The notes beneath the pieces were generated by a model. The model worked only from the letters and a program-made list of their open reading frames with translations, ran no database searches and was not told the origin of the DNA. From contig JADKGE010000001.1 in the NCBI GenBank assembly GCA_016717115.1, forward strand, positions 508,584 through 572,583: DNA of 64,000 bases, in the 5' to 3' direction. Positions 1 through 9,100 of the stretch are shown piece after piece. Source of the DNA: Actinomycetota bacterium (GTDB taxonomy: Bacteria; Actinomycetota; Actinomycetes; S36-B12). Position 1 is the stretch's first letter. Each line of letters starts with the position of its first letter. Position numbers and translations under genes: made by a program.

Positions 1-142
1 GCACGGCCGCCTCCATGTCGGCCGCGTCCCCCCGGGCGATCTCCGCCCACGGCTGGGTCGTCATCGGGTCGGACGTCGGAAGGTAGTGCCCCGACAGGGG
101 GGCGACGCGGGTGCCGTTGATCCAGTGCAGGTACCGATCCAT
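1..142 (-). CDS. aldehyde dehydrogenase family protein, N-terminal end only (gene continues beyond the left edge)
   Basis: Reverse-strand translation from ATG at 142..140 gives MDRYLHWINGTRVAPLSGHYLPTSDPMTTQPWAEIARGDAADMEAAV, a typical ALDH N-terminus. The start overlaps the stop of the upstream GntR gene (TGATG). Confidence 0.6.
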   Translation of the reverse strand, partial: MDRYLHWINGTRVAPLSGHYLPTSDPMTTQPWAEIARGDAADMEAAV

Positions 143-834
143 CACTCGTCCTCGAAGAAGTCGAGGTGCTCGAGCACCTCGATGGCGTGTCGTGCGCTGG
201 CATTGATGTGCTGCTCCATCGCCCGCTGCGCGGCGAGCGTGTCCCTGCGCTTGAAGGCCTCGACGATGTCACGGTGCTGCCGGTTCGCCTCATCGAGCCA
301 CTCCGGAGGGAAGTCGGCGTACGGCATGGGCAGGGACCTCGACAGCAGCTGGAGCATCGCGCTCATGCGCTGGCTGCACGCGGCCTTGTTGATCGTGCGG
401 TGGAACTCGTGGTTCAGCCGTTGCTGCTCCTTCAGGTTGTCGGCGCGCGACATGCCGTCGTGCAGGGCGATGAGCCGTTCCAGGTCGTCGTCGTCGAGGC
501 GGGACACGGCCCTGGCCGCCGCGAGTCCGGCGACCTGGCCGAAGACCTGGTAGTGGTCGGCGATGTCGTCGCGGTCGACCCTCGACACATAGGAGCCCTT
601 GCGGGGAATCGTCTGCACGAGGCCCTCCTGGTCGAGGGAGATCAGCGCCTCGCGCACGGGCAGCCGACTGACGCCGAGCTCCTCCGCGATCGCGTCCTGG
701 TCGATGCGCTGGCCCGGCTTCAGCCGGCCAGCGAGGATCGCATCGCGGATGTGGGCGGCCACGTCCTCGGCCAGGTTGCGCCGGCGGCGTGGACGGCCGT
801 CGACCGGCTCGGCAGTCATGGGAGCTCGATCCAC
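142..834 (-). CDS. GntR-family transcriptional regulator (FadR/FCD subfamily)
   Basis: ORF 142..834. N-terminal winged HTH (QDAIAEELGVSRLPVREALISLDQEGLV) followed by an all-helical FCD-like C-terminal domain. It is co-oriented with ALDH genes on both sides. Confidence 0.9.
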   Translation of the reverse strand: MDRAPMTAEPVDGRPRRRRNLAEDVAAHIRDAILAGRLKPGQRIDQDAIAEELGVSRLPVREALISLDQEGLVQTIPRKGSYVSRVDRDDIADHYQVFGQVAGLAAARAVSRLDDDDLERLIALHDGMSRADNLKEQQRLNHEFHRTINKAACSQRMSAMLQLLSRSLPMPYADFPPEWLDEANRQHRDIVEAFKRRDTLAAQRAMEQHINASARHAIEVLEHLDFFEDE

Positions 835-2300
835 GTTGTCTTCAGGTCGGTGAACTTGTCCATGGCATGAAGTGACTTGTCACTGCCGAACCCGGACTGC
901 TTCACACCACCGAACGGCACGGTGAGGTCGCCCTCCTCGTAGCAGTTCACCCAGACCGTGCCCATGCGCAGCGCCTTGGAGACGCGTCGGGCCCGGCTCA
1001 GGTCGTTCGTCCACACCGCTGATGCCAGCCCGTAGTCGGTCGCGTTGCCGATCCGGACCGCCTCGTCGTCCGAGGAGAAGGGCAGGACGGTCAGCACGGG
1101 GCCGAACACCTCCTTCTGCGCCAGCAGCGAGTCGGGCTGCAGCCCATCGACGACCGTCGGCGGGTAGTAGGAGCCGCCAGTCTCGGTGAGCACGGGCTCG
1201 CCGCCCATCAGCAGTCGACCGCCCTGACCGAGCCCCTCGACGACGATGCCGTGGATGGCGTCGAGCTGGCGCGCACTCGCGACAGCCCCGATGGGAGCGT
1301 CGTCCTCCAGCGGGTTGGCGGGCTGCGCGGCTGCCATCGCCTCGAGGACCTTCGTGAGCACCTCTTCCTTCACGGATTCATGGACGATCAGTCGCGCACC
1401 GGCCGTGCACATCTGGCCGGCGTTGTACGTGATCGCCCAAGCGGCAGCCGCCGCAGCGGCGTCGAGGTCGGCGTCCGGGAACACGAGGTTCGCCCCCTTG
1501 CCGCCGAGCTCGAGGTAGGGACGCTTCATGTTGGACTGCGCGGCCGCCGTCATGATCGCGCGACCGGTCGCCGTCGAGCCGGTGAACGTGATGATGTCGA
1601 CGTCCATATGACCGGCCAACGCGGCGCCGGCGACCGAGCCCAGACCGTTGACGACATTGAGGACGCCATCGGGCAACCCTGCCTCCAACGCCAGTTGCGC
1701 CACGTACAGCGCGGTGAGGGGCGCGTTCTCCGCGGGCTTCAGGACCATCGAGCAACCGACCGCCAGGGCGGGGGCGATCTTCCAGGTCTCCAGCGTGAGC
1801 GGGAAGTTCCACGGGGTGACGGCCCCGACGACGCCCGCGGGCTCGCGCTCGACCATTGCCCACGACGAGTCGCCGACCTTGGGCATCTCGTCGAGCACCT
1901 TGTCGATGGACTCCCCGAACCAGCGCAGGGTGCGGTGGCAGGCCCGCACGTCGATGGCCTTGGCCTCGCGGGCGGGCTTGCCCATCTCCAGCGCGGTGAG
2001 GACCGCGAGCTCGTCGGCGTGGTCGTTGACCAGGTGCGCCCAGCGGACCATCACGTCCTTGCGATCGGCAGGTGCCATCCCGGCCCAACGGCGGTCCTCG
2101 AACGCGGCGCGGGCGGACGCGACGGCCCGGTCGACGTCGGAGGCGTCCGCCATCGCCACCTCGGTGACGATTCGGCCGTCGATCGGACTGACGACCTCAT
2201 ATCGGGTCGATCCCGCCGACCACTCGCCCTCGATGAGGAGCTCGGTCGGGTACTGGACCGATGCTGCCAGGGCGGTCCAGTCCGGGGTGGTGGTCGTCAT
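816..2300 (-). CDS. NAD(P)-dependent aldehyde dehydrogenase
   Basis: ORF 816..2339 trimmed to the ATG at 2300, which is preceded by GAGGAG. ALDH motifs are present: LELGGKGANLVF, FTGSTATGR and the catalytic-Cys region NAGQMCTAGARL. Confidence 0.92.
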   Translation of the reverse strand: MTTTTPDWTALAASVQYPTELLIEGEWSAGSTRYEVVSPIDGRIVTEVAMADASDVDRAVASARAAFEDRRWAGMAPADRKDVMVRWAHLVNDHADELAVLTALEMGKPAREAKAIDVRACHRTLRWFGESIDKVLDEMPKVGDSSWAMVEREPAGVVGAVTPWNFPLTLETWKIAPALAVGCSMVLKPAENAPLTALYVAQLALEAGLPDGVLNVVNGLGSVAGAALAGHMDVDIITFTGSTATGRAIMTAAAQSNMKRPYLELGGKGANLVFPDADLDAAAAAAAWAITYNAGQMCTAGARLIVHESVKEEVLTKVLEAMAAAQPANPLEDDAPIGAVASARQLDAIHGIVVEGLGQGGRLLMGGEPVLTETGGSYYPPTVVDGLQPDSLLAQKEVFGPVLTVLPFSSDDEAVRIGNATDYGLASAVWTNDLSRARRVSKALRMGTVWVNCYEEGDLTVPFGGVKQSGFGSDKSLHAMDKFTDLKTTWIELP

Positions 2301-2323
2301 GCGGGACTCCTCAGCGCTCCGAG

Positions 2324-2340
2324 TTGATAAATGATACAAA
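2324..2340. promoter_or_regulatory. AT-rich motif TTGATAAATGATACAAA in the divergent ALDH/acyl-CoA dehydrogenase promoter region
   Basis: Only AT-rich stretch in the 40-nt divergent intergenic region. The core TTGATAAATG is repeated at 6720..6729 in a second divergent promoter of the same island. Confidence 0.4.
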
Positions 2341-3501
2341 TTGCGGGTGGACCTGAACCAGACTTCCGAGCACGACGACCTGCGCGCGGGGGTGCGCGAG
2401 GTGTGCGAGCGCTTCGACGGCGCCTACTGGCGCGCCCTCGAGCCCGATTCCTACCCTGAGGAGTTCGTCGCGGCGCTGACCGAGGCCGGCTTCCTCGGCG
2501 CCCTCGTCCCGGAGGAGTACGGCGGCGGCGGCGCCTCGCTCACCGAGGCGTCCGTCATCCTGGAGGAGGTCTCGGCCAGCGGCGGCAACCCCAGCGCCTG
2601 CCACGCGCAGATGTACATCATGGGGACGTTGCTGCGTCACGGCAGCGAGGAGCAGAAGCAGCGCTACCTGCCCGGCATCGCCGACGGCACCCTCCGCCTG
2701 CAGGCCTTCGGCGTCACGGAGCCCGAGGCGGGGTCGGAGACGACGCGCATCCGCACCCGCGCCGAGCGTGTGCCCGAGGGCTGGCGCATCAACGGCCAGA
2801 AGATCTGGACGTCCCGCGCGCTGTACTCGGACCTCATGATCCTGCTCGCACGCACGACACCGTTCGACGACCTCGACAAGAAGACCGAGGGACTGTCGGT
2901 CTTCATCTTCGACATGCGCGACCTGCCCGGCCTGACCATCAAGCCGATCCGCACGATGATGAACCACAACACCACCGAGGTCTTCTTCGACGACGTGGTC
3001 ATCCCGGCAGACGCCCTCATCGGCGAGGAGGGCAGGGGCTTCCGCTACATCCTCGACGGCATGAACGCCGAGCGCATCCTCATCGCCTCCGAGTGCATCG
3101 GCGATGGCCGCTTCCTGATCGAACGGGCCGTCGCCTACGCGAATCAGCGCGAGGTCTTCGGCGGGCCCATCGGTGCCAACCAGGGCGTGCAGTTCCCGCT
3201 GGCCAAGGCGTACGCGCAGCTCTGCGCCGCGAACCTCGTGCGGTTCGACGCCGCAGCGAAGTTCGACTCCGGCCTGAAGTGCGCGGCCGAGGCGAACATG
3301 GCGAAGTTGCTCGCCTCGGAGGCGTCGTGGGCCGCAGCCAACGCCTCGCTCGACACGCACGGCGGCTTCGGCTTCGCCGTCGAGTACGACATCGAGCGCA
3401 AGTTCCGCGAGACCCGTCTCTACCAGGTGGCCCCGATCAACACCAACCTCGTGCTCGCCTACGTCGGCCAGCACGTGCTGGGCCTGCCGAAGTCGTACTA
3501 G
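2341..3501 (+). CDS. acyl-CoA dehydrogenase family protein
   Basis: ORF 2341..3501 (TTG start, alternative GTG at 2347, no clear RBS). ACAD-like sequence throughout (GVTEPEAGSETT, WRINGQKIWTSRA, C-terminal helical domain FRETRLYQVAPINTN). Confidence 0.9.
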   Translation: MRVDLNQTSEHDDLRAGVREVCERFDGAYWRALEPDSYPEEFVAALTEAGFLGALVPEEYGGGGASLTEASVILEEVSASGGNPSACHAQMYIMGTLLRHGSEEQKQRYLPGIADGTLRLQAFGVTEPEAGSETTRIRTRAERVPEGWRINGQKIWTSRALYSDLMILLARTTPFDDLDKKTEGLSVFIFDMRDLPGLTIKPIRTMMNHNTTEVFFDDVVIPADALIGEEGRGFRYILDGMNAERILIASECIGDGRFLIERAVAYANQREVFGGPIGANQGVQFPLAKAYAQLCAANLVRFDAAAKFDSGLKCAAEANMAKLLASEASWAAANASLDTHGGFGFAVEYDIERKFRETRLYQVAPINTNLVLAYVGQHVLGLPKSY

Positions 3502-4646
3502 TCACCACGCCCGCGCTGGATGATGGCGTCGAGGGTGGCCTGGTCGTGCTCGTCGAGGGCCGGCACGCGTGCAGGCGGCGGTGTCCACCCGCTGATGTCG
3601 AAGGGGGTCGCCAGCAACTCGACCGTTCCGCTCGGCGTCGACACCGGCACGAACCGGCCACGCGCGCGGAGCTGCTCGTGCTCCCAGACTCCGCGCAGGT
3701 CGTTGACCCGGGCCGTCGCGATGCGTCCCATCGCCAGCCGCTCGCGGGCAACATCGGCCGGTATCCCGTCGAGGCACTCGGTGATGAGTCGCTCCAGCTC
3801 TCCGACGTTCGCGATGCGACGTGCCGCCGTGGCGTACCGCGGATCGGTTCCCAGCTCGGGGGCGAGGAGGAGGTGCTCGGCCATGCTGCGCCACTCGGCA
3901 TCGGCCTGGACGGCGATCAGGATCGTGGTGCCGTCCGCGAGCTGGAACGTGCCGTAGGGCGCGATCGCATGATGGCGACGCCCGCTACGCAGCGACTGCC
4001 CGGGCCCGTAGACGGCGTTGTACAGCGGAGCCGAGACCCACTCCGCGAGCGAGTCGAGCATCGAGACCTGGATGGCTGCGCCCTCGCCCGTGCGCTCCCG
4101 TCGGACCAGCGCCGCGAGGATGCTCGAGAGCGCGTACATGCCCGAGCAGATATCGGCCACGGAGAATCCGACCTTGCTCATCTGCTCATCGCCGGTGACC
4201 GAGAAGACGCCCGCCTCGGCCTGGATGGCGAGGTCGTAGGCCTTGTCGTCCTCGCGAGGTCCGCCGTGCCCGTACCCGGAGATCTCGGCCGCGATGATCG
4301 ATGGGTGCGCGGCGAGCAGCGTCGGGGCGTCGATGCCGAGCCGATCAGCCGCTCGCGGCGACAGGTTGTGCAGGAAGACGTCCGCCCCTGCGATCAGGGC
4401 GCGGAACGTCGCCAGATCCGAGGGGTCCTTGACGTCGAGCGAGATCGACTGCTTGCCTCGGTTCGCCCACACGAAGAATGCCGACTCACCCTGCACGACG
4501 CTGTCGTAGTACCGGGCAAAGTCACCTTCGGGACGCTCGACCTTGATCACCGTGGCGCCGAGGTCCGCGAGCTGGCGGGTGGCGAACGGCGCGGAGATCG
4601 CCTGCTCGAGCGAGACGACCACGACGCCCTCCAGAGGGGCGGTCAC
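3498..4646 (-). CDS. family III CoA-transferase (CaiB/BaiF type)
   Basis: ORF 3498..4646. The N-terminus LEGVVVVSLEQAISAPFATRQLADLGATVIKVERPEGD is the characteristic CaiB/BaiF signature. The gene shows 4-nt start/stop overlap with the upstream GATase gene. Confidence 0.9.
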   Translation of the reverse strand: MTAPLEGVVVVSLEQAISAPFATRQLADLGATVIKVERPEGDFARYYDSVVQGESAFFVWANRGKQSISLDVKDPSDLATFRALIAGADVFLHNLSPRAADRLGIDAPTLLAAHPSIIAAEISGYGHGGPREDDKAYDLAIQAEAGVFSVTGDEQMSKVGFSVADICSGMYALSSILAALVRRERTGEGAAIQVSMLDSLAEWVSAPLYNAVYGPGQSLRSGRRHHAIAPYGTFQLADGTTILIAVQADAEWRSMAEHLLLAPELGTDPRYATAARRIANVGELERLITECLDGIPADVARERLAMGRIATARVNDLRGVWEHEQLRARGRFVPVSTPSGTVELLATPFDISGWTPPPARVPALDEHDQATLDAIIQRGRGD

Positions 4647-5341
4647 GCCTCGACCTCGGCGATCTCGCCCATGAACCAGTCAACGAGCTGCTCGCAGTTC
4701 CTGCGGAGGGTGGCTTCGTGGATCTCCAGGTCCTGCAGCAGCTGCGCCGCGCTGGTGTGATCCGGGATGTGGTCCGGACCGAGGCGCACCCATGCTCCGA
4801 CGACGCCCGTGTCCGCCTCCGGGTGGAACTGCGTGCCGACGGCCCGCCCGAATCTGAAGATCTGCGGAGCCTTGCCGTTGTGGGCGAGGACGTCGACGGA
4901 GTCCGGCAGCACCACGCGGTCCTCGTGCCAGGTGAACCACGGACCGGCCGGAACGGGAAGCAGGTCGTCGGCGTCGAAGGTGACGAGCCCGATCTCCTGC
5001 TCGTCGACCGGTGCCCGCTCGACGTGCCCGCCAAGCGACTCGGCAAGCAGCTGCCCCCCGAAGCACACCCCGAGGTAGGGGATCTCCTGCTCGACGATCT
5101 CCTGGATCAGTGCGATCTCCGGTTCCACCCACGCCCGTGCGACCTCGTCGTAGGCGTTGGCGAAGGAGCCGAAGGCGATCACGGCGCGGTACGCCGTCGG
5201 ATCGGGGAAGGCGGTGTCCGGCGCCGCTGGATCTGCCAGCACGACATGGGTGTCGATCTCGTAGCCGCGGTCGTGAAGGATCCGCCCGACGAGGGCCGGC
5301 GCCGCCTCCGGCTCGTGACTGATGAGCAGGATGCGGGTCAC
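4643..5341 (-). CDS. class-I glutamine amidotransferase-fold protein (candidate gamma-glutamyl-amide hydrolase)
   Basis: ORF 4643..5341 (GTG start directly abutting the stop of the GS-like gene). The nucleophile-elbow motif GVCFGGQLLAESLGG is present. It is a paralog of 15320..16027. Confidence 0.85.
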   Translation of the reverse strand: MTRILLISHEPEAAPALVGRILHDRGYEIDTHVVLADPAAPDTAFPDPTAYRAVIAFGSFANAYDEVARAWVEPEIALIQEIVEQEIPYLGVCFGGQLLAESLGGHVERAPVDEQEIGLVTFDADDLLPVPAGPWFTWHEDRVVLPDSVDVLAHNGKAPQIFRFGRAVGTQFHPEADTGVVGAWVRLGPDHIPDHTSAAQLLQDLEIHEATLRRNCEQLVDWFMGEIAEVEA

Positions 5342-6688
5342 CTAGATGACCGCCCGGTAGCGACGCAGCTCCCACTCGCTGACGTCGTCACCCTGCTCGG
5401 CGTTGTCTGCGAACTCCTGCGCCTCGCGGCGCTGCATCACGACGAAGTTGTCGACGAAGACGTCGCCGTAGACGCTGCGCGTGAACGGGCTGTCGAAGTT
5501 GTCGATGGCCCCGCTGATGTCCACGGGCAACCGGTCCCATCGATCGTCGGCGTGCGGGTCACCGACCACCTGCGGCATGAGCTCGTAGTCGTTCTCGAGG
5601 CCGTCGAGTCCCGCCGCGAGCACGCCGGCGAACGCCAGGTACGGGTTGCAGTCGGCGGCCGCCCATCGGGCCTCCAGCCTGTTGCCTTTGCCGGCGCCGA
5701 CGATCGAGCGGACGCCGACCAGCCGGTGATCAAGGCCCCACGTCACCTGGGTCGGCGAGAAGGAGTAGTCCTGCAATCGCTTGTAGCCGCTCACGGTCGG
5801 TGTCATCACCAGTTGGAGCTCCTTGTGGTGCGCCAGCAGCCCCGTCAGGTACCTGCGCATGAGGCTGTTGCCGAGGATCGAGTCCTCGTCCTTCGTGGCG
5901 AAGGCATTCTCACCGTCGCGCGTCAGCGACTGGTGGATGTGCATGCCGTTGCCCGCCTCGAGGAGGAACGGCTTCGCCATGAACGTGACATTCAGGCCAT
6001 GTCGCTTCGCGCAGAGCCGGACGATGTACTTGAAGAACACGGTGTCGTCGGCCATCTTCATCATCGGTCCGTACCGCACGTTGATCTCAGTCTGGCCGGG
6101 GCCGTACTCGACATTGCACGCCTCGACCTCGATGCCGGTCTTCCGCAACGACTCGCGGATGTCGAGCATGAAGGGCTCCATCTCCCATCCGCGGAAGATC
6201 GAGTAGCAGTTGATGTCGTCGTAGATCGGCTTCCACTCGGGAGTGAAGAAGTGGCACTCCAGCTCGGAGGCCGCGTCGACCCCGAGCCCGAGGGCCTCCG
6301 CACGGGCGATCTGGCGCTTGAGCATCTGCCGCGAGTCCATCTCGATCGGCTGGCCGGACTCGGCGTTGATGGTGTCGCACATGACGATGGCGACGCCGTC
6401 GGTCCAGCCGGCGACCCGGAAGCTCGCGAGGTCGGGGATCGCGTGCATGTCGGGGAAGCCGTCGGACTCGTCCACCCAGGGCGTGGCGAAGATGAAGCAG
6501 GTGGGATCCCACGTGTACACGACGTTGGCGATCGCGAACCCGGAGCCACGGAGGAACTGACGCACGGGCAGGCGCTTGCCGCGCGGCATGCCCCAGGTGT
6601 CCACGAAGACGCACTCGACCGTGTGGATGTCGTGCTCCTCGCACAGGGCGGCCACCCGGGCACGCTCGGCCGGATCCCAGGACGACAT
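5342..6688 (-). CDS. glutamine synthetase-fold ligase (candidate gamma-glutamyl-amine synthetase)
   Basis: ORF 5342..6688. GS catalytic-domain motifs are present (EVEACNVEYGPGQTEIN, FMAKPF..GNGMHIHQSL, NPYLAF). It is paired with a GATase-fold gene, as in Puu/GlnA3-type pathways. Confidence 0.88.
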   Translation of the reverse strand: MSSWDPAERARVAALCEEHDIHTVECVFVDTWGMPRGKRLPVRQFLRGSGFAIANVVYTWDPTCFIFATPWVDESDGFPDMHAIPDLASFRVAGWTDGVAIVMCDTINAESGQPIEMDSRQMLKRQIARAEALGLGVDAASELECHFFTPEWKPIYDDINCYSIFRGWEMEPFMLDIRESLRKTGIEVEACNVEYGPGQTEINVRYGPMMKMADDTVFFKYIVRLCAKRHGLNVTFMAKPFLLEAGNGMHIHQSLTRDGENAFATKDEDSILGNSLMRRYLTGLLAHHKELQLVMTPTVSGYKRLQDYSFSPTQVTWGLDHRLVGVRSIVGAGKGNRLEARWAAADCNPYLAFAGVLAAGLDGLENDYELMPQVVGDPHADDRWDRLPVDISGAIDNFDSPFTRSVYGDVFVDNFVVMQRREAQEFADNAEQGDDVSEWELRRYRAVI

Positions 6689-6719
6689 CGAACCTCCCGA
6701 ATACGTGGATTTCAGATAC

Positions 6720-6734
6720 TTGATAAATGTAGTG
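6720..6734. promoter_or_regulatory. AT-rich motif TTGATAAATGTAGTG in the divergent GS-like/ADH promoter region
   Basis: Shares the 10-nt core TTGATAAATG with 2324..2333. It lies in the 110-nt divergent intergenic region 6689..6798. Confidence 0.4.
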
Positions 6735-6798
6735 TTCGAGGCGTCGGCCGTCCGGTCTTTCCCGCATGTCGACCGCCACCCGAACGAGAGGCTCCCCC

Positions 6799-7772
6799 AT
6801 GCGTGCCGTCGTCCTCACCGCCCCCGGGGCGCCCCTCCTCGTTCACGAGGTGCCTGAACCAGTGGCGCCGACCGGCGGTGCCGTCGTCGACGTACTGGCC
6901 TGCGGCATCTGCCACTCAGACCTGCATGCCGCGGCCGGCGACTACCCCACCGCGCTGCCCGTCATCCTCGGCCACGAGGTCGCGGCTGCGCATCCGCGCC
7001 TGGGCCCGGTGCTGGTCTACGCCTGCTGGGGCTGTCGTCAGCCCGACTGCTGGGCGTGCTCGTCGGGGCAGGAGATGATCTGCCCGAACGCCACCGAGGC
7101 GGGGCTCTTTCGCGACGGCGGCTACGCCGACCGGATGGCGGTGCCGGACGAGGGCTACCTCGTCCCCCTCGGCGACCTCGACCCGGCCCATGCCGCTCCC
7201 CTTGCCTGCGGCGGACTGACGGCCTACCGGGCCGTCGACCACGCCCTTCCCGTCCTCGCCGCGGCCACGCGGCCGCGCGCGCTCGTCATCGGAGCCGGGG
7301 GGCTCGGGCAGTTCGGCCTCCAGTGGCTGAAGATGCGCTCGGACGCCGAGGTCACCGTCCTGGACGCGTCGCCCGAGAAGCGCGCACTCGCGCTCGACCT
7401 CGGGGCCGACGCGGTGGCCTCCCTGGTGACGTGGAGGGGACCTTCACCGCCGTCGTCGACTTCGTCGGCGCAGAGCCGACCCTGGTCGCCGCCCGGGATC
7501 ACGTCGCCCGGCAGGGCCTGGTGGTCGTCGTCGGCCTCTACGGCGGCACCATCCCGTTCGGCTTCGGCGCCGTCCCGCACGAGGCCCGGTTCATGACGTC
7601 CATCTGGGGCTCGCTCGCACAGATGCACGACATGGTCGCGCTCGCCCAGCAGCACCCCTTGCACTCCCCCATCGAGGTCATCGGTCTCGACGACGTCGCC
7701 GCAGCCCATGAACGTCTGCACGTGGGCGACGTGTCCGGTCGGTTCGTCATCACCCCAGGAGGTCCCGCATGA
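6799..7772 (+). pseudogene. zinc-dependent alcohol dehydrogenase (MDR family), frameshifted
   Basis: The N-terminal part lies in the frame of ORF 6766..7596 (MRAVVLT.., CGICHSDLH, GHEV, structural-Zn Cys cluster CWGCRQPDCWAC, GAGGLGQ). The C-terminal part lies in the frame of ORF 7056..7772 (GDVEGTFTAVVDFVGAEPTL...GRFVITP). The frame change is near 7425..7440. Spacing after GHE also looks shorter than usual. Confidence 0.75.
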
Positions 7773-9007
7773 GCACCACCACCAACGCCGGCGTAGACAT
7801 CACCGACCCGGCCACCTACGCGAACGGGATCCCCCACTCGGTCTTCGCCGAGATGCGGCGCACCGAGCCGATCGCCCGGCGGATGTATGCGGAGCGGCCG
7901 TTCTGGGCCGTCACCCGGTATCGAGATCTCGTCACGGTGACGCGCGACCCTCGTACGTACTCCAATGCCCGTGGCATGACGAACCTCCCGGACCTCACCG
8001 AAGAGCAGATGAACGCCCGGCGCTCGATCATCGACACCGATGCACCGGACCACGTGCGCCTGCGCAAGCTCGGCATACCGGCGTTCACCAGCCACAAGGT
8101 GAAGTCCTACGAGGACGTCACCCGTGACATCGCGACCCAGCTCCTCAGGGACGCGGCCGAGCAGGGATCGGTCGATGTCGTCCAGAGCATCAGTGCTCCG
8201 CTGCCGATCAGGGTGATCATCAACATCCTTGGAGTGCCCGAGGCGGATGCGGCCATGCTCGTGCAGTGGTCGGACGAGCTCATCGACTCCACGGGTGTTC
8301 CCGCGGACGCCTATGGCAACACGACTCCGCTGGAGCTCCTGCCGTTCAGCGCGCCCGCCTCGCATGCGCTCTTCGAGTACGGGCGGAAGATGCGGGAGGA
8401 GCGCACCAGAAACCCCAAGGACGACCTCACCACGGCCCTCGTCGATGCCCGATACGAGGGCGAGGCGCTGTCGGACTACGACTTCAAGAACATGTTCCAC
8501 GTGCTGGTGTTCGCCGGCAACGAGACGACGCGCACAGCGATCAGCAACGGCATCCAGGCCTTCGTCGAGAATCCCGACCAGCTCGACCTCCTGTACGCCC
8601 GGCCGGAGCTCGTCGAGAATGCCGTCGAGGAGATCATCCGCTGGGCCACTCCGGTACTGCATATGCGCCGAACGGCGACCCAGGACACCGAGCTCGCGGG
8701 CGTGCCCATCAAGGAGGACGACAAGGTCGTCATCTTCTACGCATCGGCCAATTTCGACGACGAGGAGTTCACCGACCCGTTGCGCTTCGACATCACCCGA
8801 CCGGTGAAGCCGCCGCAGGTCTCGTTCGGGGCGAAGGGCCCCCACCACTGCCTGGGTGCCCCGCTCGCGCGCATGGAGATCCGCGTCCTGCTCGAGGAGA
8901 TGATCAAGCAGGGCACACGGTTCGAGCAGGCCGGGTCGATCGTCCGCACGAACTCCAGCTTCGTGAACGGCATCGCGGCATTTCCTGCAATCGTCACCTC
9001 GCGCTGA
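7769..9007 (+). CDS. cytochrome P450
   Basis: ORF 7769..9007. Motifs present: I-helix VFAGNETTRTA, ExxR, and heme-thiolate loop FGAKGPHHCLGAPLA. There is an ATGA overlap with the upstream ADH reading frame. Confidence 0.93.
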   Translation: MSTTTNAGVDITDPATYANGIPHSVFAEMRRTEPIARRMYAERPFWAVTRYRDLVTVTRDPRTYSNARGMTNLPDLTEEQMNARRSIIDTDAPDHVRLRKLGIPAFTSHKVKSYEDVTRDIATQLLRDAAEQGSVDVVQSISAPLPIRVIINILGVPEADAAMLVQWSDELIDSTGVPADAYGNTTPLELLPFSAPASHALFEYGRKMREERTRNPKDDLTTALVDARYEGEALSDYDFKNMFHVLVFAGNETTRTAISNGIQAFVENPDQLDLLYARPELVENAVEEIIRWATPVLHMRRTATQDTELAGVPIKEDDKVVIFYASANFDDEEFTDPLRFDITRPVKPPQVSFGAKGPHHCLGAPLARMEIRVLLEEMIKQGTRFEQAGSIVRTNSSFVNGIAAFPAIVTSR

Positions 9008-9057
9008 TCACCGACGGGTGGCCCAAGTCGACCGCCCCCGATCGAGATGGGGACATG

Positions 9058-9094
9058 CGACGGCCCGCCCCCTGATCGCGGAGGCGGGCCGTCG
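9058..9094. terminator. GC-rich hairpin between convergent P450 and permease genes (candidate bidirectional terminator)
   Basis: Perfect 12-bp stem CGACGGCCCGCC (9058..9069) / GGCGGGCCGTCG (9083..9094) with a 13-nt loop. It lies in the 93-nt gap between two convergent stops. Confidence 0.55.
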
Positions 9095-9100
9095 AACGGA

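Noticed and set aside
4718-7078. A 786-aa plus-strand ORF, and similar long ORFs at 3093..4760, 9047..10738, 61074..62426 and 19058..20056
   Set aside because: All are antisense or out-of-frame relative to genes with strong family signatures. They show the Arg/Asp/Gly-rich composition expected of non-coding frames in GC-rich DNA.
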